This document shows, piece after piece, positions 36,635 to 49,479 of a stretch of 64,000 nt of DNA; position 1 is the stretch's first letter; each line of letters begins with the position of its first letter. Location of the stretch: positions 234,732,001 through 234,796,000 of the forward strand of contig OZ024741.1 of NCBI GenBank assembly GCA_964016885.1, given 5' to 3'. The notes under the pieces were generated by a model, which worked only from the letters and a program-made list of their open reading frames with translations, had not been told where the DNA came from and did not search any database. The stretch comes from Eledone cirrhosa (Eukaryota). Position numbers and translations under genes: made by a program.

Positions 36635-38488
36635 ATGGAGCATATACTGGACAGTAGCAGTTTAATGGTAGCAGCAGCAACAACAACAACAGCAATAACT
36701 GCACCAGTAAGTATAGCAGCAGCAACAACCACTATTGCTACAACTACAACTACAAGTCTTCCAGGATACGAACTGACAACAGAAAGTATTATACAAAGTG
36801 TAGGTAACGAGCAGCAACCAAACAGTATTAGTGGTCCTGGCCGAACAGCGTGCAACATCTGTGGCAAAGCATTCAGCCGCTACGACAACCTGGAACGGCA
36901 TAAACTGACTCACCAGGCTGTCAAACCATTCAGTTGTAGCATTTGCAGTAAATCATTCTCTCGTAAAACACACCTCAACCGGCACCAAGTGATCCACACT
37001 GGTGAGAAGCCATTCAAGTGTAGCGTGTGTGGTTTTGGCTTTTCACAGAACGTGAACCTTGTGCGGCACATGCGCACACACGACAACACAACCATGTCTA
37101 CAATAGTCTATGAAGGTGCAGCACCACCAACCTCTGACAGACCATACAAGTGCACCCTCTGCCAGCGCGCATATACACGCAACTCGGACTTCTTGCGGCA
37201 TGTGAAAAGCCACGGAGATGCGACTGGTCAGAATGTTGTGATGGCTAAGGTGCCAGTGACTGTGATGATGCCCTCAGCACCACAACAACAACAACAACAG
37301 CAACAACAACAGCTGCAGCTGACTCAGACAACAACATCCCTCCCTCAGACGCCAACTGCCTTTCAGCATGAGAACCCGTTCAAATGTAACTTGTGCGGTG
37401 CAGTTTTTGCTGCAAATGGTGACCTCACAAAACACATGCGGCAGCACCGAGATGTTCTCGGACGTACCGATGACAGTAAAGTGTACCCCATCTCGAATGG
37501 CTATGTGCATCAAGTACAACAAGTGCACCAGGAGAACTATTATGACAGCAACCGGCCATATATTTGCAATGTGTGTGGCCGGACATTTTCGCGGAACGGT
37601 GACCTCACCAGACACATGCGTTCACATCCGGAGAGTGCATACGACTGTAAAGAATGTCTGAAAGCACTAACTGAACGACAGGATGCAAGTTCACATGGAA
37701 AAGCGCAGTCATCTCCACTGTACAAGTGCAACGTATGTGGAAAGACATTTTCAAACAGCAACTACTTTGAGCGGCACCAGAAGCAGCACACACAAGAAAA
37801 GCCATTCAGCTGCGATGTGTGCGGCAAGGCATTTTTGCAGAAATATCACATGATGGTGCATAAGCGAACGCATACTGGAGAACGACCATTCCCGTGTCAG
37901 CTGTGTGGCTTTGCATTCACCCGCAAGGACCACCTGGTGCGACACCAGCGACACAACAAGAATGGAGGGAAACTGAGCTGTGTTCCGCAGAACGCACTAA
38001 TTAACAACCTACAACAACAACAGCAAGGACAGTTTCAAACTGCACAACAGTTGCAAGAACAACAACAACAACAGCAACTTCATGAACAACAGCAGCAACT
38101 GCATGAACAACAGCAGCAGCTGCAAGAACAGCAGCAACCTCAAGAACAGCAACACTTACAACAACAACAACTGCAGGAACAACAACAACAACAACAACAG
38201 CAGCAACTGCAGGAACAACAGCAATTGCAGGAACAACATCAACAGCTGCAGGAACAGCAGCAACAACAGCAACTGCAGGAACAACAGCAACAACAACAAC
38301 TGCAGGAACATCTACAGGAGCAGCAGCAGCAATTGCAAGAGTTGCAAGACCAACAACAACTGCAGGAACACCAACTGCAAGTGCAACAGCAACAGTTGGT
38401 GGTGAGTGTTGTGGAACCAAATGGCACAGGAGTTGTTACACAGACACAAGGTGTCACCACTGCAATACCTCACTATATCAACATCTGA
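36635..38488 (+). CDS. C2H2 zinc-finger transcription factor, 617 aa: 8 canonical plus 2 atypical fingers, Thr/Ala-rich N-terminus, polyQ C-terminus
   Basis: Intact ORF with fingers such as [47 protein letters not shown] and [26 protein letters not shown]. Finger 7 lacks its last His and finger 10 ends HQRH. Confidence 0.97.
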   Translation: [617 protein letters not shown]

Positions 38489-38594
38489 CTTTCTTCACCT
38501 CACCTGACCTCTTGACCTTGCTGAACAATCTCCACCCTAATTTAACTGTACCTTCTCTGTCCTCTCCATATTACCTATATTTTACCGTAATTCT

Positions 38595-38795
38595 TTAACA
38601 TCCTGTACTGCATGAAACTGCATTAACAAGACATTCTTAAAAAGTTCAAAACAGCACTATTTACAAAAAAATTTTTTTACTTAAGTTAACTGCAAATATT
38701 TGCAACAATCTGTCCACTAGTAAAAGATATTACAAATATTTGAGTTAACAATCCCATTTATAGATATTATCTGTGAAATGTTTACAGGATGTTAA
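38595..38795. mobile_element. TTAA-flanked MITE in the presumed 3' UTR; second copy at 52353-52549
   Basis: ttaa-catcctgta...tacaggatg-ttaa termini at both loci, with similar interiors. Confidence 0.78.
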
Positions 38796-39244
38796 AGGTT
38801 AACCCTGTCTACTAGTAAAGATACTTCAGACATTTTAATTATTAAAGCTGTTTTTAGATATTATCTGCTAAACCATTACAGAGTTAATCCATTAAGAACA
38901 CTTTGACCTGTCCCCACCTATTGTAACCTCCCTGACACTCCCCTCTCTTATCCCATACCTTAAGCCTCTCTGAAACTATTTTCTTGTATCTTAATCTACA
39001 TTGACATGCACTGATGCCTCCTATGACATGTCTTAGACTTCCTGATTTTAGTTGATTCAGGTCAAATTCTCTGGGCCCTGTGTTAATTTACTCCTAAATG
39101 TCACTCCATCAATCCAAACCTACTCCTCTCTCCTTGCTCTCTCTTATGTCTCATCAATTACCCTGATCTCCCCCCCCCCCCCCACTCCACACCACCACCA
39201 CCACACTTCAACATTTCTCATTTCTGACTTTCCCTTCTAAAAAG

Positions 39245-39430
39245 ATTTTGAGGTGAGACCCCCTACAACCGGAGACCATATTTGAGGTTACCACCCTACA
39301 ACTATAGACCATATTTGAAGTGACTACTCTACAACTATAGACCATATTTGAGTTGGCTGTTCCTCAATTAGAGATCTTATTTGAGGTGACCACTCAACAA
39401 TTATAGATCATATTTAAGGTGACCAAAATG
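39245..39430. repeat. About 33-bp tandem repeat, 5-6 degenerate units
   Basis: agaccatatttgaggtgaccactctacaactat-like unit. Confidence 0.75.
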
Positions 39431-39534
39431 ACAAAGTGAGAGGACATTATCCTGCTGTCTGCTAGTTGGTGTTTGGGATAAAATTGCTTTTGGACACACA
39501 CACATACATATATACATAAAAATAAATAGATACA

Positions 39535-39880
39535 TTATTGTAGACCCTCTTTGGTCATGGATGACCATGGGTTTACACCTAAAAAGATCCTTTCCATAGC
39601 ACAAGTCTGGGCAGGGTAGTTTTTGTGGAAGACTAGCAGTTGCCCAGCCTCACCTCACCATGCCACTAACATTGTCCAAGGGAAAGGCAAAGGCAAAGGT
39701 CAATACTGCTAGGCACCAGTGATGTTGCAACTCATTTTTTTCCATTTAAGTGAACTGAAGCAACGAGAAATAAAGTGTTTTGCTCAAGGACACAATGCAC
39801 CAAGCAGTCCGGGAAAGGAATTCACATCTTATGATTGTGAATCCAACAGTCAAACAGTCAAATCACTAAGCCATGAGCTT
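39535..39880 (-). mobile_element. tRNA-derived SINE (family B head, third 3' half)
   Basis: The plus strand shows gaaataaagtgttttgctcaaggacacaatgcac...cactaagccatg, the reverse complement of the family B head. Confidence 0.75.
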
Positions 39881-40479
39881 TCGCTGATATACACACACAC
39901 ACATAGCTATACATGCATAGGCACACATACACATATATATATGCATTTGTATATACGCACACACATAACACAGGCATATAGCCATATATACATATACATG
40001 CTCACATTTACACATAAACACACATGCAAAGACGATCAGCCATAAAGATGTTTGATATATTTGATGTTGAATTTAGTTTAAATTGGGACATAAGTGAGAA
40101 AGATAGTGTGTATATCTGTCTGTGTGTGGTGGAGTAAGTCAGTTATATCAGGGAAGTTGTGTTTGACATAACAGAGAAATGTTGTATATTTATGTATGTG
40201 TGTCTTGAGGTGTGTGTATGCTAGCTATATCGGAGAAATTGTGTGACTGCGGCTACATGCCAAGTATGTTACCTTAGCATGCTTGAAGGCCAATATGTTA
40301 AGGCAAGGCTGGATTAAGACCACTTCCCTAAGCACTGACATTATGCGGGTTGATGGGGGAGGAGGGGGCTTTTGATGGACCATGGTTCAGCTGCAACATT
40401 GCACAATGGTCCATTGTAATTCTGGCACTGGAACAAAACTCTCTGGGGTCCCTCTTTAATTGAGGCATTGGGCATGGGC

Positions 40480-43350
40480 TTATTTTGTTTAATGGTTAAT
40501 CCAGGGTTGCATTGAGGTTAAGATGTGTGTACCAGCTAACTTAGTTCTCCTAAGCCCTGGGTCATTTAACATGATCAGCTGCAGCATCTTGCTTAGTTTC
40601 CCAGTCCAGTCTAGTCCAATCCACTGGATATCTTTGAAAGTTGAGTGACAGGTTTTCTTGGGTCTCCCTTTTTTATGCTTGCCACTGACTGGGATCCATC
40701 TCATTGCCACAGTGGGGTTCCGGTATTCAGACATACACAGAATGTGCCCAGCCAGTTTCAGGCACCTTTTAGCGATGGTGTCAGTCAATAGCCTTTGTTT
40801 ACTTCTCTTCAGCACTTCCACATTAGTAATCCGGTCTCAATAAATTATTTTCAGAATTTTTCTTAGGCATCTTTGTTGGAAAACGTGCTTCTTTAGAATT
40901 TTGGCAGTCATTTTCACTAGCATATATGACAGTTGTGATTATATTGCTGTTGAAGAGCTGCAGTTTGATGGGCATGGAGATTATTTATGATAACCAAATG
41001 CTTCTCATGTGCTGAAATACTCCTGATACCTTTCCAATTCTGCAGTTTATGTCAAGTTCAGTGAGGTCTTCATTGGAGATTATGCTGCCCAAATAGGTGA
41101 TTTAGTTGACCTCTTCTATTGCCTGTGTTTCAATATGTACTTTCTCAGCAATTTTCTTGCCAATTGCATCACTTTGGTCTTTTCTCTGTTATTTCTGAAG
41201 TTTTGCTGCAGATTCTTCTCACTGTGTTGTCATTGTTTGAATTTGTTCAATGTTGTTCCCCAATAATGCCAAATCATTGGCAAAATCCAAATCTGTCAGT
41301 TTCTCAGAATCAGTCCATTGGATACCAACGTTTTGAGTCTGAGCATGAATTTCCATTGATTTCCTCATGACAAAGTCAATAGCCAGTGAGAAAAGCATAT
41401 TGGACAGAAGGCAGCCCTGTCAACAACACGTGTGTGGATATGGAAGAAACCTGTGGTGTCATTTGTAACTGTGACACAGCAGCTTGAATCCAGAGAAATA
41501 TTTTTGAAGACATTGATGATTTCTTTTTGGAATTCCATAGACTGCCAGAATTTTCCAAAGCATCTCCCTGTGAATGTTTCAAAGGCCTTTTTGAAGTCAA
41601 TGAAATTTATCATGAGTGGCACATTGAATTTCAAACTCTGCTCCACAGCATTTTGAAGAAGAAATATATGATCTGCGTAGGATCTTCCTGGTCTGAATCT
41701 GGCCTGCTCCCCACTCAGCTTTGCATCCACAGCGATTGAAAAGCACTAAACAGAAGACCTGTTCAGGGACTGACAGCAAAGTAATTCCTTGCCAATTGCC
41801 ATAGTTGCTGAGGGATCCTTTAATTGAAAGTTTGACAATAATTCCCTTTCTCCAATTGTCACGGACACATTGCCTTTGTCAGCAGTTGTTCAATAAATTT
41901 GCAAGATATTTGGCAATGGTGCCACCACCTCCTTCAGGACTTCTGCAGAAATTTCATCCATTTCTAGAGGCTTGTTGTTTTTGAGATTCTTTATGGCTGT
42001 TTGAACTTCTTCCTGGGAAATAGGTTCCATATTGACTTGAAGCCCTTCCTGTGCATTGATGTTTGAATTGGCAAAGGAGCTGAATGGTTCTGGTTGATTC
42101 AGTGTTTCAATGACATGTTCAACCAAGTGCTGATTTTGTTCATGCTCAGTGATAAGCAGCTTGCCAGCCTTGCCTTTGATAGGAACATTTGAGTTACCAT
42201 GGAGTCTCGAGAGGTCTCTGACAGTCCTATAGAGTGATTTCATGTCATTCTTGTTGGCAGCTTCTTGGACTTCCTGCCCTTTTGCTTCTATCCAGCACTT
42301 TTTGTCTTTTCTACAGTTTCTCTTCACTTGTCTGTCTTATACCCTGTACACAGTCTCAGTGGTTTTCTTGTCTTGAAGAATTTTAGCCTTTCTTCTTTGG
42401 TCAATCAACTTCCAAGTTTCATCTTGAATCTATTGTTCCTTGCGGGATCCTCTTCTTCTGCCTTCAATTTCATCAAAGCATACTTTGAGAGTTTCATTGA
42501 ACTTTGACCTCTTGTTCAACACCTGGGCTGCAGTTTGGTTCAACATTGAGCACCTCAAACCTATTTTTAGTCGAAATTTGAAAATTTTTCCATTACTCTA
42601 TGATTCTTCAATTTTTCAACAGCATATGGCTTCTTATTTTGTTGTTTCATCAGCTGCTTCAACTTCAGTTTCAGCTTTCCAGTTATCAAATAATGGTCAG
42701 AGCCAAAATCTTCCCCACAGTAAACTCTCACATCTTGTTGGGAAAATTTCCATCTTTGTGAAATGCATATGTAGTCAATCTCATTGAATGAATATCATCT
42801 GGGGATCACCATGTTTTCTTATGAATTGAATTCTGTTTGAAATTGTGTTTCCAACGCCAGTGAATTTGTGCTACAGAATAGAAGCAGTCATTTACCATTG
42901 TCATTGATCTGATTGGCAGAGCCATGGGGGCCCAATTGTGTGATCTAAGCCTTGTCTTTCATTTGAAATTTCTGTATTTATATCGCCAATCAAAAGTAGC
43001 AAATCATGTCTTGGTGTTGTTTGAATAGTATCCTGCAGTTTTTCATAGAAAGCATCCTTGTCAATATCAGCATCATCTTCTGTTGGCGCATAAACTTGAA
43101 TCACTGTCATTTTGAACTGTCCTGATTGGAATCTTGCTGCTATGATCCATTCACTCACTGGGTTACAACTACCAAAGCTTTGCCTGCAGTTTCATGTCTT
43201 GAGTACAAAATTGTCAAATTTTCAGAATTCAGCTTGCCACTTCCTTGTCCATCTGACTTCACTGAGACCCATTATGCTGAGATCATATCTTTTGAATCCA
43301 TGGCACAACTGAGTCAACTTTCTGCACTGATACAAAGTTCTTTCATTCTA
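40480..43350 (-). mobile_element. Near full-length decayed RTE-clade LINE of a second lineage (endonuclease plus RT)
   Basis: IQVYAPT...KDAFYEKLQ...LLIGD (APE endonuclease); NWQGITLLSVP, EQARFRPGRS and FIDFKKAF (RT); LAGHILCM...GRPKKT (C-terminus). Many stops and frameshifts. Confidence 0.9.
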
Positions 43351-43936
43351 TGTAGTCACTTTTGTGAGAGTTTTGACACTAACACAGTTAAAGACATGTC
43401 ATAAATTAAGCTGTAACAGCCTATCATAAATATATAATAAGCTGAGGTCAGTGTTTGGTTGGTACTGCAAAGATATAAGAAAATTAATTAGTGTCCAATG
43501 TCAATTTTTTCCTTTCATCCATCTAGGGTTGATAGTCAGTACCAGTCATATATTAGGGTTGATACAGATAACCATACCCTCACTCCTACTTGCTTGTAAA
43601 TGTGTGAAGTTGTATCAGAGTTGGAAATTATCATGAACTCTTTTGATACCAACTCATTTGAAACTGCTCTGGTTTTATGATGCACAACTGCTCATTTTAA
43701 AATGTTCATACTTATATTAAAACTTTCTATCATAAGTTTATTTAAGAAATTGTTGTTAAGTAATGTTTGAAACATCAGCTTACTAATAAAAAGGTTAGTT
43801 CTCTCATTAAATTCTTCAAATTTTCAACATTAATTCATACACGAAGGCAGTGTATTTTAGTAGAAATATGGTAACAAAACAATCAATAAATATAACCAAA
43901 AATAAACGAGTGATGAATTTTTATTAAAATTGTGGA

Positions 43937-43950
43937 GCACCAGATGGCAG
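43937..43950 (+). promoter_or_regulatory. CTCF-like motif
   Basis: GCACCAGATGGCAG, one mismatch to the core consensus. Confidence 0.3.
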
Positions 43951-45339
43951 AGTAGCAGGCTAAAGGTTATACAGGGGCTTCACTTTGGTGCCTCAGTAGA
44001 TTCTGGGTTGAAATTACACAGGTTGTCTGGTGGTGCCTCTCATCATTTCACTGTGTGATAAAGTAATTAAGTGTTGGGGGTTGATTCGATTAACTACACC
44101 ATTTTCTCCAGAAAATATGCAGCCTTGTTTTGAGTTGTTGCTTAATTTTTAGCTTCAAGTCAACTCTGATCAAAAAGCATTCCAGCCATAACCATCTCAC
44201 TTCTTTTTATATATCAGGGACTGCATTGTTCAATGTATCCCTCTTTGTTATTCAAATACAATCTATCTAGGATCACATTATCCAATGTGTCCACCCTGTT
44301 TTAATTTTTTTTATTACTGTAGTGTCATTTGAGGGAGATTTGGGTGCTATTTCTAGCCAGTCATGAAATCATCTAGAAACTATGTTGTCTTGTGTCTGGT
44401 CTAGTAACTCCTATAGCTAGGTTCAAATTCTGTTGGTGCTTCTTTTCTTTACTGACAGCAGAGTGTGTTGTCTTCCACTACTGCATAATGTCATGCCACT
44501 TGACCCTGACAAGATCTTTATATGTGAAGCACAGTCCACCTTCGTTTACTACACACTGATACTATATGACATTGTATTCAATGAGGTCCCCAGTATGACA
44601 AACTATGACTTATCAGATGGTGGGCTGAATATGAGGATCATTTTGAAATGTTTGGTCATTTAAAAGGCTGTGACAGATTAGAAAATAAAAATACCTGTTA
44701 GTGTAATGATATAATAAAGATCAGTGTCTGTAACTGTTAAACCTCTTGAGACATGTCATAGAATAAGGATGTCTCTTGCTGTAATATGAATAAAGCTCTT
44801 AAGATGTCATAATTTGTGAGAACATTTGTATCAGATAATAACATTGTTGTTCTTGTGGTATATCATAATGACTATAAAGAGTGACTATAAAGTATTATGA
44901 CATCGTAAATGTGTGATTGATATCACAGAAAAACTAGGGGCTCAGTTGGTGGGGCTGAAGATATTGGGTACTCAGAAACGGTAACTGGGGAAAACTAATT
45001 ATAAGGGATGGTCGATTATCATGACAATGGTATATGGATAGTCCTTCACTGGAGAATGAATAATAACAATATATGGTGAAAGTTGTGGATTTTCAGAGGT
45101 GGTGACCATCTAAAAGCCAATCACTTCAACTAAGACGTGAGACAAGTCTATTTTCAAGTTGATCTAGGACTCAGAATGATTGAGTAGATATTTTAGCTCT
45201 TATTAGTTTATTATCTAGTGGGTATGGGAAACTGTTCAGGAGAAAGCAGGGATGGAGAAGAACTTGGGCTAGGTAGGGCTGTATGAGATTTGCTGAAAGT
45301 TGTTGTGTAGGGGTTGAATAGCAATGTCGATGGACATCA

Positions 45340-45585
45340 TTGGTAGTGGAGTAGCTATATCAAAAGGAGAACTTTGGTGGTGTGTAGAGGTGATAGTAAT
45401 GGTGGAGTAGCTAGGTCAAGGGAGACCTTTGCTTGTGTGTAGTGGTGATGGTGGAGTAGCTAGGTTGAAGGAGACCTTTGGTGGTTTGTAGTGGTGATGG
45501 TGGAGTACCTAGGTCGAGGGAGATATTTTCTGGTGTGTGGTGGTGGTGGAGTAACTAGTTTGAGGGAGGCCTTTGCTGGTGTGTC
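45340..45585. repeat. About 50-bp tandem repeat, 5 units
   Basis: gtggtgatggtggagtagctaggt..agggagacctttggtggtgtgta repeated. Confidence 0.8.
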
Positions 45586-46849
45586 ATGTACTGAGGCTGA
45601 ACCAGCCAGGTGACTATTTTGTTTATCCATCTACTCTTTTTGGCTTGGTTTCTAAAGCTGGTTGTTTAATGCTAGCTACTTCACAGCATTTGATCGTGAC
45701 TCCAACACTACCACCTTTCAAAGTGGACTGGGAGCTTTTTGTCACAGCACCATCACTACTACCTTACCAGGATGGACTGAATGCATTTTATTGTGGCCTC
45801 AGCACTACTTCATTACAACACTAGGGTGCTTGGTGTGTCTATGGAAAGCTATTAATGGGAATGGGGTGTGTAGAAAAAAAAAACAATTACAAGAAAGAGA
45901 AGCAGCTGTAGTTTAACATAAAATTTGTGACCTAAGAAAAGTCATACTATCTTGTAATATGTTTCTGTGAACTTTGTGAAACTATGAAGACCCAGGGAGG
46001 TTTTACCTTATAAATATATTTCCATGAACTTTGTGGACTATGAGAGATTATCCTACTTGTAATATAAATGTTTCTTTGAACATTGTGGAAGGATGAGTAT
46101 GGAAATTTAAAGGAGAGAGGTTCTACTTAATATAAATATATTTCCATTAACTTTGTGGAAATGTTTTAACAAAACGAGGTCCTGTATTGTATTATATATA
46201 CATATATTTCTTTCCATTTGTGTTTTAAAAAAACTACCTTTTTTGTGGAAATTTAAAGGTAGAAGAAATTAAAGATAAAACAAGATACTAACAAACAAAA
46301 TCTAAACATACACGCACATGCATGTATGTATTGCGTGTAGATATATTTTACACATATAGCCATGCTATCATACATGCATACAACTGCAATGCTATGTAGA
46401 AAACTATATACATATATATATATAATGTGTGTATGTGTATATATATATATATATAGCAGTTCCACTCTATATACTATTGTCATTGAATAAAGGAGAAAAA
46501 ACAAACAAACAACTACTTGAATTTGTCCTGCATACTAAATTCCAGCTGGTTTGATTAAAAACCTACTGCAACTTTTAAAGGTTCATATATGACCAGCTGA
46601 TTGGGTTAGATACCTACTGGAAAATTAATAGTTCACATATAATCAGTTGACTGGATCAGATACCAGCTAGAAGGTTAAAGGTTCATATGTGACCCACTAC
46701 TCTGTTCTTACCTCAATCTGCTCACTGTACCTAGTTGTAGAGGTTCTTCTATTGGTTGCTTACAACTCATTGCTGTAAAAGTTAAGTTTCATTAAGCTGA
46801 AGTCTCCCTTAAGAAAATGTCATTATTTATAATCTTATTTAAAATATTA

Positions 46850-47211
46850 GTATAAGTATTTCCACCAAGAGTTATTGTTTTAATATCGGCTGTGGTAGAA
46901 ATACTTCCACCATGGCTACTGTTTTAAGTTGGACTATCATAGCAAAACTTCCACCATACCTACTGATTTAACCTGGGCTGTGGTAGAAATATTTCTACCA
47001 GAGTACTGTTTTAAATTGGATGGTTGTAGAAGTATTTCTACCAGAGGCCAGTGTTGTATCCAGGATTAGGACTGTGGTATGAATATATCCACCTGTGGCT
47101 AGTGTATTAAGCAGGACTGTGGTATGAGTATATCCACCAGAGGCCACCATTTTAACCTGGACTGTGGTAGAACTATTTCCATCATAGCTACTATTTTAAC
47201 CTGGACTGTAG
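46850..47211. repeat. About 44-bp degenerate minisatellite that resumes at 48655-48715
   Basis: ctactgttttaacctggactgtggtagaaatatttccaccat-like units occur on both sides of the mariner. Confidence 0.78.
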
Positions 47212-47213
47212 TA

Positions 47214-48646
47214 TACTCAAGAGGTTTTGAGACTTACCAGAGATACATTTATTTAACTTAGATCAACACAAAACTCTAGTCTCCCTCAAAGTAGGATCTT
47301 CTAACTTCAATGCATTTATTGTAGTGTTCCAGCCACTTCTGGAAGGTCCCCTCCTAGTCCTCCAAAATGGGATTCAGGGTGCTTGTCACAGCCTCCTTCA
47401 TCTCCTCCACATCCTCAAAGCGGAAACCCCTGAGCTTTTCCTTCAGCTTTGGGAACACCCAGAAGTCACCTGGGGCTAAGTCTGGATTGTAGAGAGGATG
47501 AAAGACAGTCTTGATCCACACATTGGCCAAAAGTAGTTGGTCACCAGAATGGATTTATGGCAGGGGGGCATTGTCCTGGTGCAAGTGTCACTGACCAGAT
47601 TTGAAGAGTTCTGGTTTCTTGCAATGAAATCTCTTTCTGAACTACCTTAAAACCTCTACATAGTCCTCTTTGCTGGCTGTCTGGCCATGGGGTACCCAGT
47701 GGATGTAGATGATGTCCTTGCTGTTGAAGAATAGGATCATCATGAGCTTTGTCTGGGTCTTGGGGAGTCAGAATGTTTCCACTAGGTACTCTGTCTATTG
47801 GTCTCTAGATCATAATAGTAGACCCAGCTCTTGTCACAGGTTACCAAAGACTCAAGGACACTTCGATTTGAAGCGATCCACTCTGTGCTATCATCAATGT
47901 GCCTCTGCCTTTGATCTTCATTGAGCACCTTGGGGACAAACTTTGTGCATGTTCAGATCGTCATGAATGACTGTGCACAGTGCCCTCAGCCACTTCAAAT
48001 TGTTTAGCAATCGTCAGAAGAGATGCATGACAATCCTTGTCCAGGAATTAACAAATTTTGTCAATCAACTTTGGTGTCCTGATGCCCCTCCCCCAACACA
48101 CCTCTCGTTGCCCCTCACCTGCTCCCTACTCTCCTGGAACCTCATGTGCCTGGCTCATGAAAGTTCGTAAGCAGTTTTGACCATTTCATAGGTTTCTGCA
48201 GTGTTTTTGCTGAGCTTGACACAAAATTTTATTGCACATCAAGCCTCCATGTTGTCTTCATGTCCCGACTGCATTGTGGAACTAGTCAGCTGTGACAAGT
48301 TGTGTATGAGGGTAGTGTTTAAAGTGCTGTAGCAGCCTGAACCTTCAACCTGAAAAAAAAAAAAGATTTGGCATGTTAGCTTATTATAACCATGTCAAGG
48401 ATGTATTATAGTTGTTTCTACTTTTGACACAAGGTCAGCAATTCTTCCAGTATATTGCTGGTACTTTATTTTATCGACCCTGTAAGGATGAAAGGCAAAG
48501 TTAACCCCGTTGGGATTTGAACTCAGATCATAAAGGGCCGTAACTCTTTGCTGCAGAGCATGGCGCCAGACCTACTGATACTGGCAATCCACCAATAGAT
48601 CAATTAAAAGTATCTGATAAGAAAAAGTCTCAAAACTTCTTGAGTG
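47214..48646 (-). mobile_element. Tc1/mariner (DD34D-type) transposon with TIRs; decayed transposase
   Basis: TIRs tactcaagaggttttgagactt / aagtctcaaaacttcttgagtg flanked by TA. Minus-strand motifs: AIKFCVKLSKNTAETYEMVK, VTCDKSWVYYYD, HQDNAP and YNPDLAPGDFWVFPKLKEKLRGFRF. A SINE A copy is inserted at about 48410-48595. Confidence 0.9.
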
Positions 48647-49099
48647 TAATTTGTATGAGTCTACTGTTTTAACATGGACTGTGGTAGAAATATTTCCATC
48701 ATAGATACTATTTTAGAAGACAGCATTTGTGTTGTTTTAAATATTTATTACTGGCTTTTACTAAGGGTTGGTAATGAAGAAAACTTTAATGCTGAATTGT
48801 TGAAAGGTTTGATATCGAGGAAAAAATTAACACTGGATTTTTGTAAAGGTTAGTATTGAGGAAAAGGAAGAGTATAAATGTTTGGAGTTGTTTTTTTTTT
48901 TTTTTTAGAAGCTGGTCCATAATAGAACCACTTTGGGAGAATGACATTTTCAAGGGGAGACAATAATGAAGTCAGGATGCTCTAAGCCAGGGATTAACAA
49001 CTTCTTTTTGTAATTTCACACTTGATTTTTTTTAGTTTTACACATGGCCCACATATAATTTCACATCTTAAATATAAATATTTGAAAACGTCTAAGACC

Positions 49100-49370
49100 T
49101 TTGGTAATTATAGTTATTGTGGTGATGATAATGAGGAGAATATTAGTGATGATGGTGAGGAGGATAGTAGCGATGGTGATAGTGATAGTGATGATAGTGA
49201 TAATATTGATTATGATGATGGTGATAGTGTTAGTGGTGATGTTGATGGTGATATTGGTGATAGTGACGATGTTGATTATAATGAAGATGATGATGATGAT
49301 GCCGATGGGGATAGTGGAAATGTTAATGATGATGGTAATAGTGGTGATGTTGATTATGATGATGATGACC
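49100..49370. repeat. Degenerate (GAT/GGT)n trinucleotide tract
   Basis: Direct inspection. Confidence 0.85.
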
Positions 49371-49479
49371 TTTGAATATGCTAAAACTTTGGTTTCTCTT
49401 TAAATGGTGACTTCTTTGTAGGATTTTGCAGAATCTCACATAACCTGTATCAGTTGGTAACATTGTACTAGAGCTTTGT

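Noticed and set aside
38001-38460. Val/Ala-, Asn- and Cys-rich ORFs
   Set aside because: Alternative frames of the CAA/CAG tract in the ZNF gene.
49022-49403. Asp-rich and Met/Val-rich ORFs
   Set aside because: Degenerate GAT/GGT microsatellite with no splice or domain support.
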